Below are positions 9,716 to 19,731 of a stretch of DNA of 64,000 bases, in pieces. Position numbers and translations under genes: made by a program. Where the stretch lies: IMG/VR virus record IMGVR_UViG_3300048925_000594; one strand, 5' to 3'. Positions within the stretch are counted from its first letter, which is position 1. Each line of letters starts with the position of its first letter. This DNA comes from an uncultured virus (IMG/VR IMGVR_UViG_3300048925_000594). Lineage: Duplodnaviria; Heunggongvirae; Uroviricota; Caudoviricetes. The notes under the pieces were generated by a model. The model was not told the origin of the DNA. It was given only the letters and a program-made list of their open reading frames with translations, and did not search any database.

Positions 9716-11731
9716 ATGAGAAAAAATTATAAAAGGTTGATTGGAACAGTTTGTGGTACTGTGGTGCTGTGCTCTGCCATAGGGTTTACTGCATTTGCTG
9801 ATAAATCTGAGGGCTTTAAAGAGGATGGAATTCCGATAGCAACAGAAAGCACAGCTTCACCTAATATAACCGCACCCGAAAGTGGTACGGAAGTGACTGG
9901 GGGACAGCAAGAAAATGCAACAAGTGATGCTAAATCTGGAGAAGCAAAACCGAAAGAAACAGAGACAGAAACAACTGTACCGGAAGAAAATGTGTTAGAT
10001 AATAAGACTTTAAAGGATAAACAATTCCCCGCTTATGCAAATGGCAATATTAATGCAGGTCTATTGGAAGAAACACCTAAATTTATACCTGTTACGAATC
10101 CACATTGGGTATCAGATCAGCCAGGAGTGGCGACGTGGGACGAATTAGAAACAGAACAACAGCAAAATGTAAAGGGAGTTTTTCTGGTTATCTATAAGGA
10201 TGGTAAAAAGATCGCGCAAAGAAATGCTAATGTTGGATATGCATCAAGCTTGAAGCTTCTTGAAAGTTTTGAAGGGGAGGGTTCCTATCAATTTAAAGCT
10301 GTCTACCGTATGACGGATCAATATGACGGAGAAGAAGATTATTTATCTGATCTGAGTGATAGTTTTGAATACACTCTTTCCGGAAAAACCATGCCTATTC
10401 CGACGGGATTCCATTGGAATAAAGATGGTAGTGTTACATGGGACCCTATTAATATTTCTGATTTACCTGGATGGGACACCAATAGCTTCATCACTTATAG
10501 TGTTTCATTTTATGAAGGGGATGCTGCTAAACCCTGGGATACATGGTTTATGAATTCTGCTCCCAGTATAAGCCAGATTCTAAAGATGCAACCTGGAAAA
10601 ACATACAGATTTCGCATTTCAGCATCAGGGGATGGACTTAACTATAATAACAGTGAATTGTCTGATTATAGTGAATCCTTTGTTATGCCTGTATCAGAAT
10701 CTACAGTAAAGGTTAAACTAGATGCTCTTAACCAAGTAGGAGACGCAAAATTAAGTGCGACAATCAAGAATTTAACTTTGACTGATGATGAACGGGAAAC
10801 AATGAAAGCTACTATCCAAAACAGTGAATCCGCAGCGGAGCAGCTAAAGGAATTGGAAAATCGTTATAAAGCAGCTAATGGAAAAGAATTTACTGTTCAA
10901 GCAGAAAGTAATATCGTAGACAGCAGTCAAATAAACATAGCGGGTGCGGTCCTTAACGATGCATCCAAAATAATATTCACGCCCACCCAATCAGCGGATA
11001 ACTCATTAAGCCAATACCGCAATCAGGTATCTATGAATATATCTCTTGACACCAATGAATTGAAATTTCCGGTACTGATTACTATGCCTGTTCCTAGTAA
11101 TATGAATGTAGAAAAAGTGAAAATTTATCATTACCATGAATCTGGATCTACTGAAATAATTATCCCAAGGATTTTTGTTGACAATGGCGTAAAAAAGGTA
11201 GAGTTTGCTGTTAGTGGTTTCAGTGTATTTACCTTTGTAGATACATCGTCCGCTAACACGTCTTCTGGAGGAAGTTCATCCGGAGGAAGTTCGTCTGGCG
11301 GCGGTGGAGGAATGACTTCATCAAAAACAACATCTGGTGTTCCTAGTTCCGCTCCTGCGCTTACTGGAATATGGGTAAAGAATGAGACAGGTTGGTGGCT
11401 TGAAAAGACAGATAAAAGCTATCCCAAAAATCAATGGGCCAAAATTAACAATACTGTTTATCGCTTTAATGAATCTGGATATATGGTGGAGGGCTGGTTT
11501 GTACTAAATGGAAAATGGTATTACCTTACCCCTTCTTCCGGAGCTATGTCCACTGGCTGGGTGGATATTCAGAATAGATGGTATTATCTTAACAATGATG
11601 GAAGTATGGCTGTTGGCTGGATCAAACTTGCGGATAAATGGTATTATTTGAATGCAGATGGAAAAATGGCAGCAAATACCGTGACACCAGATGGTTATCA
11701 TGTAGACGAAAATGGAGTATGGATTCAATAA
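9716..11731 (+). CDS. Secreted surface protein with cell-wall (choline-binding-type) repeats
   Basis: Signal peptide ending TAFA; beta-rich FnIII-like modules; Ser/Gly linker; repeated GW...KWYYL..G.M at the C-terminus. Confidence 0.88.
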   Translation: MRKNYKRLIGTVCGTVVLCSAIGFTAFADKSEGFKEDGIPIATESTASPNITAPESGTEVTGGQQENATSDAKSGEAKPKETETETTVPEENVLDNKTLKDKQFPAYANGNINAGLLEETPKFIPVTNPHWVSDQPGVATWDELETEQQQNVKGVFLVIYKDGKKIAQRNANVGYASSLKLLESFEGEGSYQFKAVYRMTDQYDGEEDYLSDLSDSFEYTLSGKTMPIPTGFHWNKDGSVTWDPINISDLPGWDTNSFITYSVSFYEGDAAKPWDTWFMNSAPSISQILKMQPGKTYRFRISASGDGLNYNNSELSDYSESFVMPVSESTVKVKLDALNQVGDAKLSATIKNLTLTDDERETMKATIQNSESAAEQLKELENRYKAANGKEFTVQAESNIVDSSQINIAGAVLNDASKIIFTPTQSADNSLSQYRNQVSMNISLDTNELKFPVLITMPVPSNMNVEKVKIYHYHESGSTEIIIPRIFVDNGVKKVEFAVSGFSVFTFVDTSSANTSSGGSSSGGSSSGGGGGMTSSKTTSGVPSSAPALTGIWVKNETGWWLEKTDKSYPKNQWAKINNTVYRFNESGYMVEGWFVLNGKWYYLTPSSGAMSTGWVDIQNRWYYLNNDGSMAVGWIKLADKWYYLNADGKMAANTVTPDGYHVDENGVWIQ

Positions 11732-11745
11732 CAGATTTCGTAGGT

Positions 11746-11787
11746 TGCAAAAAGGGTATGGCTTAATGAGGTCATACCCTTTTTGCA
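11746..11787 (+). terminator. Intrinsic terminator
   Basis: 15-bp perfect stem TGCAAAAAGGGTATG / CATACCCTTTTTGCA after the surface-protein gene. Confidence 0.7.
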
Positions 11788-11906
11788 TTATTGGTTGATT
11801 ATGTGCCTGTTTTTGAACAGCCATTAAGTTGTAACTATTAACATTCATGGATATATATTATCTCCTTGAATATTAATCAATAGATCAATTCAAGGAGGTA
11901 ATTTTT

Positions 11907-12839
11907 ATGTCAGCAAATGTAGAAACAATGTTTTACACAAGAGAAAGACCTTGGCACGGACTGGGGAAAATGGTAATGGAAGCGCCTACATCAAAAGAAG
12001 CCCTGGTCTTGGCGGGACTGGACTGGCAGGTAATGCAAAAGCCGATTGTAACAGAAGATGACATTCCCATTCCAGGCTTTAAGGCAAACATCCGGGATAT
12101 CGATGAAAAAGTGTTGGGAGTCGTTACAGATCGCTATAAAGTGGTTCAAAATGAGGAGGCTTTTGCTTTTACAGATGAGCTTCTTGGCGAAGGAGTTACC
12201 TATGAAACTGCAGGTAGTATTCAGGAAGGGAGGCGTACATGGATATTAGCAAAACTCCCTCACCGCTATATTATCTCTGGGGATGAGGTTATTCCGTATC
12301 TTGTTTTCATGAATAGCCATGATGGAACTGGGGCGATTAAAGCCGCCATGACTCCTATCCGGGTGGTTTGTAATAACACGCTCAACCTTGCACTGAAAAA
12401 TGCAAAACGGATATGGTCGACAAACCATACTGGAAATATTTCCGGAAAATTAGATGATGCCAGAAGTACATTGTTTTATGCACATCTTTATATGGGAGAG
12501 TTAGGAAAAGAAATTGACAGGTTGAATCAGATCAAATTATCAGAAAGACAGGTGTATGAATATATTGATGCTTTATTTCCACTCTTAAAACAGCCAACAG
12601 AACAGCAAAAAAAGAACCTGATGCAGATGAAAGAAGATATGAAGCTTCGATATTTTGAAGCACCGGATCTTGCCCATATAGGAAAGAACGCCTATCGGTT
12701 TCTTAATTCTGTCTCTGACTTCGCAACGCATGCTAAACCACTTCGCGAACGTACCAATTATAAAGAAAGTCTGTTTTCCCGAACCGTAGAGGGAAATGCT
12801 ATGATTGACAGAGCCTATGAACTGGTACGAGCATCTTAA
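11907..12839 (+). CDS. DUF932/DUF945 phage/plasmid-like protein
   Basis: MSANVETMF..RE.PWHGLG, NSHDG, TPIRVVCNNT motifs. Confidence 0.88.
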   Translation: MSANVETMFYTRERPWHGLGKMVMEAPTSKEALVLAGLDWQVMQKPIVTEDDIPIPGFKANIRDIDEKVLGVVTDRYKVVQNEEAFAFTDELLGEGVTYETAGSIQEGRRTWILAKLPHRYIISGDEVIPYLVFMNSHDGTGAIKAAMTPIRVVCNNTLNLALKNAKRIWSTNHTGNISGKLDDARSTLFYAHLYMGELGKEIDRLNQIKLSERQVYEYIDALFPLLKQPTEQQKKNLMQMKEDMKLRYFEAPDLAHIGKNAYRFLNSVSDFATHAKPLRERTNYKESLFSRTVEGNAMIDRAYELVRAS

Positions 12840-13113
12840 GTGTCCTGAAAAGTGGCCCAATCTTCAACAGTGCAAGGACTATTCTGAGATATGCAGTCAT
12901 TTTAGTGTGGAAGAAATGAATCGTTTTGAAGAACAATTAACAGAATATTTTTGTATGGGTGATATAACGGAAGAATTTTTGCTTGTCGTTCCAAGAGTAG
13001 TGTGCTGGTATGAAGGGCTGCTGGAAACCAAGGATTTTATAGAAGAAGCAATATTGTTATGAGGGGATACCATGAAAGCGGTATCCCTGATTATTTTAGA
13101 GAGGGAAAGATTA

Positions 13114-13635
13114 ATGAAAGAAAAAACTCAGATAGAAAGAATTACGGATTTGATGAAAAAGCCTGAAATCAAGAAGAGAATAGGAATTGTTCATCTACAA
13201 ATGGTAAAAGACAGCAAAAGCTTATGTGGATTATCACCGTTTACAAGTCCCCAAAAAGCAGTGGATATGATGAGACCTTTGTTTGAAATGTCGGACCGGG
13301 AAATAGTTGCCGTTCTGTCTTTGAATGTAAAATTGGAACCTATGGCAGTGGAAATTGTGGCAGTAGGTGGAATTAGTACCTGTATGGTGGATGTGAGAAA
13401 TATTTTCAAACATGCACTTCTTAACAATGCTTCCTATATAATCTGTTTCCACAACCATTTATCTGGAGATCCACAGCCGAGTCATGAGGATCATATAGTT
13501 ACAGGAAGAATCCGAGAAAGCGGAAAATTGCTTGGTATTCCTCTGCTTGATCACCTAATAATAGGAGAGTTTAGCTTTTATAGCTTCAAGGAATCGGGGC
13601 TGATTGAACCGTACAATTCTAATGATGCAGCATAA
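13114..13635 (+). CDS. RadC-like JAB/MPN domain protein
   Basis: HNHLSGDPQPSHED and LLDHLIIG motifs; start moved to MKEKTQ downstream of a hairpin. Confidence 0.9.
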   Translation: MKEKTQIERITDLMKKPEIKKRIGIVHLQMVKDSKSLCGLSPFTSPQKAVDMMRPLFEMSDREIVAVLSLNVKLEPMAVEIVAVGGISTCMVDVRNIFKHALLNNASYIICFHNHLSGDPQPSHEDHIVTGRIRESGKLLGIPLLDHLIIGEFSFYSFKESGLIEPYNSNDAA

Positions 13636-13697
13636 GAGGAAAATCTCAAAAGAGTAAATAAGAGAGCAAAATGATTTTAGAAAAATAGGAGGCATCT

Positions 13698-14627
13698 ATG
13701 TCTATAAAAATTTCAACAACAGATTTAACTCATGAAGAGTGGCTTCGATTAAGAAAGGCAGGGATTGGCGGGTCAGATGCCGGGGCGATATGCGGACTGA
13801 ATCCCTATGCAAGTCCAATGAGCGTTTACTATGAAAAGACAAGCTTAGAGACAGAAGATTTTGATAATGAATCTATGAGACAAGGGCGTGATCTGGAAGA
13901 TTATGTGGCTCGGCGTTTTATGGAAGAAACTGGTTTGAAGGTACGCCGTTCTAATGTCATGTATCAGAGTGAGACATATCCGTTTATGCTGGCAAATGTA
14001 GACCGTTTGATATCCGGAGAAAATATGGGATTGGAATGTAAAACGGCAAGCGCATACAGTGCAGATAAATGGGTGGAAAATTCCGTACCGGCTCATTATG
14101 AACTCCAATGTCACCATTATATGGCTGTGACTGGCGCTAAAGCGTGGTATCTGGCTGTCGTAATACTTGGTAAGGAGTTTAAGTATAAAAGAATCGACAG
14201 GGATGAGGAACTGATACAAAATCTTATTACTATAGAGCAGGACTTCTGGGAGAATCATGTTATAACCCGAAATATGCCTGATCCTGATGGCAGTGGCATT
14301 TCAAATGAAGTGATTAACCGTTATTTTCCTTCAGCTGTTAAAAAGTCTATCCCTCTTTCCGCTAACTTAAATGAACAGCTTAAAAGGCGAGAAGAAATTA
14401 TTCATCTGACAAATAAACTAACACAGGAGCAGAACCAAATTGAGCAGCAGATCAAGCTTTACATGGGAGAATATGAAATAGCATTTAATGAGAATTACAG
14501 AGTTACCTGGAGTAATGTGGATACGGTCAGGATTGATAGCAAGCGGTTAAAGGAGGAACGTCCAGATCTTTACCGGAATTTTGCAAAAAGTAGCCAATCC
14601 AGGCGTTTCACCATAAAGGTCGCTTAA
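13698..14627 (+). CDS. YqaJ-like viral recombinase / lambda-exonuclease family
   Basis: WLRLRKAGIGGSDAG, ANVDR...LECKT, QCHHY motifs. Confidence 0.92.
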   Translation: MSIKISTTDLTHEEWLRLRKAGIGGSDAGAICGLNPYASPMSVYYEKTSLETEDFDNESMRQGRDLEDYVARRFMEETGLKVRRSNVMYQSETYPFMLANVDRLISGENMGLECKTASAYSADKWVENSVPAHYELQCHHYMAVTGAKAWYLAVVILGKEFKYKRIDRDEELIQNLITIEQDFWENHVITRNMPDPDGSGISNEVINRYFPSAVKKSIPLSANLNEQLKRREEIIHLTNKLTQEQNQIEQQIKLYMGEYEIAFNENYRVTWSNVDTVRIDSKRLKEERPDLYRNFAKSSQSRRFTIKVA

Positions 14628-14716
14628 ATAATGCTAATTTAGTTTTTGGAACATTAGACAGGGACCATCTTACGGAAAGTAGGAGGGTTCTATTTTAGTG
14701 AAAGGAATGGGTATAT

Positions 14717-15517
14717 ATGGCAGATGTGAAACAGGAGTTGGAGAAAAGGGCGGCAGGAAGTGGAGGACAGTCCGTAAAACTGACAAAAAACATGACAATC
14801 GTTGACATGGTAAAGGCGTTGGAGCCAGAAATCAAGCGAGCACTTCCTAGCATACTTACGCCTGAAAGATTTTCTCGTATGGCATTGTCAGCAATTAATA
14901 ATACTCCTAAGTTGGGGGAATGTACTCCTATGAGTTTTATTGCGGCTTTGATGAATGCCGCACAACTTGGGCTAGAACCTAATACACCACTGGGACAGGC
15001 ATATCTGATTCCCTATAAAAACAAGGGTGCGCTGGAGTGTCAATTCCAGTTGGGATATCGTGGATTGATAGACTTAGCATATCGTAACGACCGGATGCAG
15101 AGCATTGAGGCGCAGGTGGTCTATGAGAATGATGAATTTTCCTACGAGCTGGGACTTCATCCATCTTTGATACATCGTCCAACTTTTGATGAGCCTGGAG
15201 AAATCCGGGCTTTTTACGCGTTATTTAGATTAGATAACGGTGGTTTTCGATTTGAAGTTATGAGCAAGAGCTATGTTGATTCTTATGCCATGCGTTATTC
15301 AAAAGCATTTACTTCAGATTTCAGTCCCTGGAAAAATAATTACGAAGGAATGGCAAAAAAGACAGTGATTAAACAGCTTTTAAAATATGCGCCTGTTAAG
15401 TCAGATTTTCAAAAAGCCATTACTCTGGATGAGACAGTAAAAACGCAGCTATCTGTTGACATGAGTGAGGTTCAAAATGAAGAATTTATGGAAGGTGATA
15501 ATTCTACGACAGTTTAG
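14717..15517 (+). CDS. recT: RecT-family single-strand annealing recombinase
   Basis: AAQLGLEPNTPLGQAYLIPY, QFQLGYRGLIDLA, SPW...MAKKTV. Confidence 0.92.
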   Translation: MADVKQELEKRAAGSGGQSVKLTKNMTIVDMVKALEPEIKRALPSILTPERFSRMALSAINNTPKLGECTPMSFIAALMNAAQLGLEPNTPLGQAYLIPYKNKGALECQFQLGYRGLIDLAYRNDRMQSIEAQVVYENDEFSYELGLHPSLIHRPTFDEPGEIRAFYALFRLDNGGFRFEVMSKSYVDSYAMRYSKAFTSDFSPWKNNYEGMAKKTVIKQLLKYAPVKSDFQKAITLDETVKTQLSVDMSEVQNEEFMEGDNSTTV

Positions 15518-15634
15518 CAGGTAAGGATAAGATAGGTGGCTGAGAATAGTTGGTAATAAGAAAAAGGTTAAAATATGTAAAGGAGCATATCTGACAGTAG
15601 GCTTCTTTTTGTTTACATAAAAACAGGAGAAAAT

Positions 15635-16579
15635 ATGGAGAAAGAACAAATGAGTTACAATCAATTTTTGGAAGAAATAAGGGTAGCAGTACAGGAGATA
15701 TTAGGGAGAGGTTATGATATTCAGATTCAGCAGATCAGAAAAAATAATGGCGTCTTGCTGGATGGACTGATTATTGGGAAAGCAAAAAACAGTGTTGCAC
15801 CTACCATTTATTTAAATTCCTATTATATGGACTACTCTCAGGGAAAATCAATAGATAAGATTTTGGAAGACATTATGTTCATATATAAGGAAAATTCGGA
15901 TGTGAACCTTGGAGAAATGAGAAAGCTTTTGGACTTTAGCAATTTGAAAGATAGGGTTGTTTTTAAACTAATACAGAAGGAAAAAAATCAGGAACTCTTG
16001 AAGGAAATACCATATTTTGAATTTTTGGATCTGGCAGTAGTGTTTTATCTTCTTTTGGATGAAAATCACGGAGGGCAGATGACAGCATTGATTCATAATT
16101 CCCATATGGAACAGTGGGGATTAACTATAAAGGAGTTAAGTTGTTTTGCCAAGAAAAATACTCCTGTCCTGTTGCCACCTGAGATTCGAACAATGGAGGA
16201 GGTAATAAGAGATATATTTACAAAGCAGTTAAGCGAGTTCAGTGATGATTTGTTTGAGGACTTGTTTGGAATGGATCAGAGCAATCCCTCTATTTATGTG
16301 CTTTCAAATAAAAACCAGATCAATGGTGCAGTATGTATTTTATATGAAGACTTATTGAAACATTTTGCTGAAGAACAGAAATCGGATATAATTATTTTAC
16401 CATCGAGTGTGCATGAAACCTTGTTAATTCTGGACCGAGAGAATCTGAAGTATGAAGAACTGAAAGAAATGGTTTGTCAGATCAATCAAAGTGAAGTACC
16501 GGAAGAAGATATGTTATCTAATAGTATATACCGCTATGAAAGAATCATGGAACATATTGTCATTGTTAAGGTAGAGTAA
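15635..16579 (+). CDS. DUF5688-family protein
   Basis: KNNGV.LDG..PTIYL, DLAVVF, VLSN...NGA, ILPSSVHE motifs. Confidence 0.75.
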   Translation: MEKEQMSYNQFLEEIRVAVQEILGRGYDIQIQQIRKNNGVLLDGLIIGKAKNSVAPTIYLNSYYMDYSQGKSIDKILEDIMFIYKENSDVNLGEMRKLLDFSNLKDRVVFKLIQKEKNQELLKEIPYFEFLDLAVVFYLLLDENHGGQMTALIHNSHMEQWGLTIKELSCFAKKNTPVLLPPEIRTMEEVIRDIFTKQLSEFSDDLFEDLFGMDQSNPSIYVLSNKNQINGAVCILYEDLLKHFAEEQKSDIIILPSSVHETLLILDRENLKYEELKEMVCQINQSEVPEEDMLSNSIYRYERIMEHIVIVKVE

Positions 16580-16829
16580 AACGATTATAGAAGTCGTTTT
16601 ATCCGATTTATTAGATTTAAGGACTATACAAAAAAAGATGAGTAAAGAATTGAATTTGTGGTAAGAGCCATGTATAATAGTGGCACAAAAGAATACTTTA
16701 TAGGAAATTTTCTATTCATAAAAAGGCTTCAATTTTATGGAGTAATAATTGGAGCCTTTATAATGTATGAGGAATGATGAAGAAATTATGAGCTGTTACA
16801 ATAAGAACATTTAAGGCAGGAGCATAAAA

Positions 16830-18698
16830 GTGAAGGATAATAAAGCAAAAGAAAGCATCCAGAAGACCGTTTTCATAAACTTTATATTAGAAGAATTGGA
16901 AAAGAAAGGATTAGATATAACAAAGGATGATTACAACCAAAAATCAGCATTTAAAGAGCTTGAACATGAGTTTGTAATGGAGGAAGGAGTATTGATATCA
17001 AAAGCATGGTGGATAGAGAAGAACATTGTTGGTCAAGATCGCTTAAAAAAAATTTATGGAAAGTATACTCTAGGGATTACGCATAGTTTTTCTGCTTTAG
17101 AATTAAATGATAGTATTTGGATTAGGAATCTTGTAGATACGTTAGATAATGATGAATGGGATGAATTTGAAATAGAAAGATATTTTTATCGAAAAGAGGA
17201 AGATGGATGCGGACTTGTGTGTCGGTTACAAAAGTTGGGAATTGATTTACAAAGGTTTCCAAATGACGGAGAAAAAGTGAAATTATTATTTTTTCTATGC
17301 TGTTTTGAGAAACAACGTCGTATTAAAATGATACCTTTTCTCTCTAATCCAACTCTTGAAAATGTTGACAATGGAATTATAGGTGGCATTACAAGAAATG
17401 GTGCATTAATATCAGAAATTAAAATCAATATCCAAAAGGAAATCACTAATAGGTATATAAAAGACTCAAAAGAGAAGTTGAAAAATATTTCATACCAATG
17501 GCAGAATATAATTGAGCGAGTATTGTATAAGTTGGATTTAGATGTGGGGGGATGGAATGAAAAAGACTTGGAACGTATTGATTTACAACTCCAGTTTGTT
17601 CAATCTATGTTTCTAAGTAATAAAATTATACAATATAAGGATACTTTATTAGAAACGTTTTATTTAAAAATATTGCAGCATGAGAATCTTGGTCGAGAAA
17701 ACGATATTATAGATATTCAAGAAGTGGACAGACAAGGAGATGATCCAGATGCAAGTTGGGTTAATCAATATAAAAAATTGTTGAACCAGGTAGTGAATGA
17801 AGGAGAAATAAAAGAATTTATTAAAGATAATAGAAAAAAGCTGGCAAACATGGTTTTTCGCAAAAAAACATCAAGTAATGATTTAAAAAAATTTGATGGG
17901 GCCTCAAATAAGATTGTTTTTTACCTGGGAATGTTAGAGGATAATACGCTATGGAAAAGAGAAGATGGGATTCCGGTGTTAATAATTATAAGTTGTATTC
18001 AGGAAATTATTGAGTTAAATAAAAACGAAAAGGTTAAAAATCAGTTTTATCGATATAAAACGGAAGATTTGAGGACCTTGAATACTGAATTATATCGGGG
18101 TAAGGAGGCATACGCAAAAAGTCAGATTGCATGGGTTGAAAAAGTTCGATACCGCTATAATAGTAATTTGGGAAAAAGGGACAGAGCTATAATTACATAT
18201 AAAATCATAACTCATTTGGACAATCTTATAATAAAGATTTACGAAAGCAACAGTTTGGAGGATATGCAGGTTCTGCATTCATATTTGTTGATGCTTGTGC
18301 ATGCTATTGTGGATGATAATGAGGTGATTGAAAAGAAGTTCACATGGTTTTCTGATATTGCAACTAGAGAGTGTGTAGGGTATAAATTAATTGCTGATGA
18401 TCAAATAAAACAGTTTTTTATTGGGATATTGGGTAAGATGCCTTATTTTGATAATTTGGCAGAGCAGACAGGTGATTTTATTAAAGAGGTAGAGAAAGGA
18501 AGTCGTAAGGGAGAAAAGTATTGGCCGTTTGAAATAACAACAATACCATATTTAGACAGACTGGAAGGTTATTTGAGCGTTACAGTTGATTCTATTCAAA
18601 AAATTATTGTTTTAAGAAAATTGAAGCTCACATCATCGGAAAACATAAGACTTATATTATATTCGGCAGGATATTCTGTTGGTTTTTGTCTGGAGTAA
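16830..18698 (+). CDS. Hypothetical protein (622 aa)
   Basis: Long AT-rich ORF with AGGAG RBS; no recognisable motif. Confidence 0.65.
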   Translation: MKDNKAKESIQKTVFINFILEELEKKGLDITKDDYNQKSAFKELEHEFVMEEGVLISKAWWIEKNIVGQDRLKKIYGKYTLGITHSFSALELNDSIWIRNLVDTLDNDEWDEFEIERYFYRKEEDGCGLVCRLQKLGIDLQRFPNDGEKVKLLFFLCCFEKQRRIKMIPFLSNPTLENVDNGIIGGITRNGALISEIKINIQKEITNRYIKDSKEKLKNISYQWQNIIERVLYKLDLDVGGWNEKDLERIDLQLQFVQSMFLSNKIIQYKDTLLETFYLKILQHENLGRENDIIDIQEVDRQGDDPDASWVNQYKKLLNQVVNEGEIKEFIKDNRKKLANMVFRKKTSSNDLKKFDGASNKIVFYLGMLEDNTLWKREDGIPVLIIISCIQEIIELNKNEKVKNQFYRYKTEDLRTLNTELYRGKEAYAKSQIAWVEKVRYRYNSNLGKRDRAIITYKIITHLDNLIIKIYESNSLEDMQVLHSYLLMLVHAIVDDNEVIEKKFTWFSDIATRECVGYKLIADDQIKQFFIGILGKMPYFDNLAEQTGDFIKEVEKGSRKGEKYWPFEITTIPYLDRLEGYLSVTVDSIQKIIVLRKLKLTSSENIRLILYSAGYSVGFCLE

Positions 18699-18716
18699 AA
18701 ATATTGCTTATGTGAC

Positions 18717-18786
18717 TAAAGAGGGCATCTTTATGATTCATCGTTAATTTACAAATTAATGATAGATCATAAAGATGCCCTCTTTA
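18717..18786. terminator. Long near-perfect inverted repeat (terminator or cruciform)
   Basis: 21-bp perfect arms 18717-18737 / 18766-18786 with further inner pairing. Confidence 0.6.
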
Positions 18787-19077
18787 TTGGTATATCTAAA
18801 GTTTAATTGCTATTTTCCATTTTAACTTATGCTTTGTTAGAATAAGTTAAAACTTTACATTTTTGTGGTTTTCGATTAAATCAAAATTCTGGTACCATCG
18901 CATATGTAGCAAGGTTAAGGCAAAAAGGATTTCTAATCTGCTTTTTTATATAAACCCACAAAAAGCAGAAAAAGGAAAGAAATTTCTTAAATAACAGCCT
19001 TTTACCACAAAAAACCAAGAATAAAAATTATTTCTGTGGGTTTTGGCAGAAATAATTTCTCAAAGGAGGAAAAGCAG

Positions 19078-19731
19078 ATGGGCAATATACCAGTATTTAG
19101 AAATCATGGCTATAATGAAATACAAAGTCAGATAATGCGTCAGACGTCTATGCAGGAGGCAGAAGATCGCTTATGGTTCCAAAATGAATCGGCAAGAATT
19201 GAATTGCAGAAGCAGGCGGAACTTTCGACAATAAAGGTGTATGAAAGCGAGCATAAAGCAAAGGTCTGCGCTGAGGTTGCAACGAGGAGAGAATTTTTGT
19301 GCACAAAAATCCTTGTTGGAAAGGACGGCACTGTAAGTCTTAATAAAGAACTGTTTGGTGCTGATGCAAAAGGGAAACTTCCGATAAAAATTTTGCAGGC
19401 GAAGAAGTTGATGGCTATGGGAAGTAGGCATGGCTCTGGCATTCTTATTATTCAGGTAGAAAGTAATATAGGTCTGGAGTGCGATTTGATTTTTAGTCCA
19501 GACCATCTGGACAATCGGTTTATTAACAGGCAATTTGATAAAAGGGGAATCTCTTTCGGCTTTGGCTTGAAAAAAGAACTTGAGGTTAGAAGAGAACTGA
19601 TTCTTCACCTGTTACGGGAAGCTGAGGTAATAGAAATTCCTGTAAAACATGGCTGGTATCAGGAACAAGGGGTGTGGCAATATGCTTTTCCTGAGAGTAC
19701 AACTTGGAAAGAGGTGTTAGCATGGATGTGA
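19078..19731 (+). CDS. Hypothetical protein, weak resemblance to DUF927-like N-terminal region
   Basis: AAGGAGG RBS; C-terminal IP.KHGWY....WQY pattern; first gene of an overlapping operon leading to xis/int. Confidence 0.55.
   Translation: MGNIPVFRNHGYNEIQSQIMRQTSMQEAEDRLWFQNESARIELQKQAELSTIKVYESEHKAKVCAEVATRREFLCTKILVGKDGTVSLNKELFGADAKGKLPIKILQAKKLMAMGSRHGSGILIIQVESNIGLECDLIFSPDHLDNRFINRQFDKRGISFGFGLKKELEVRRELILHLLREAEVIEIPVKHGWYQEQGVWQYAFPESTTWKEVLAWM

Noticed and set aside
11261..11310. Short TCTGGAGGAAGTTC-type tandem repeat
   Set aside because: Encodes the Ser/Gly linker of the surface protein; not an array
12805..13062. 85-aa ORF between DUF932 and RadC
   Set aside because: Overlaps the upstream gene, no clear RBS or motif; may be a remnant, so not called
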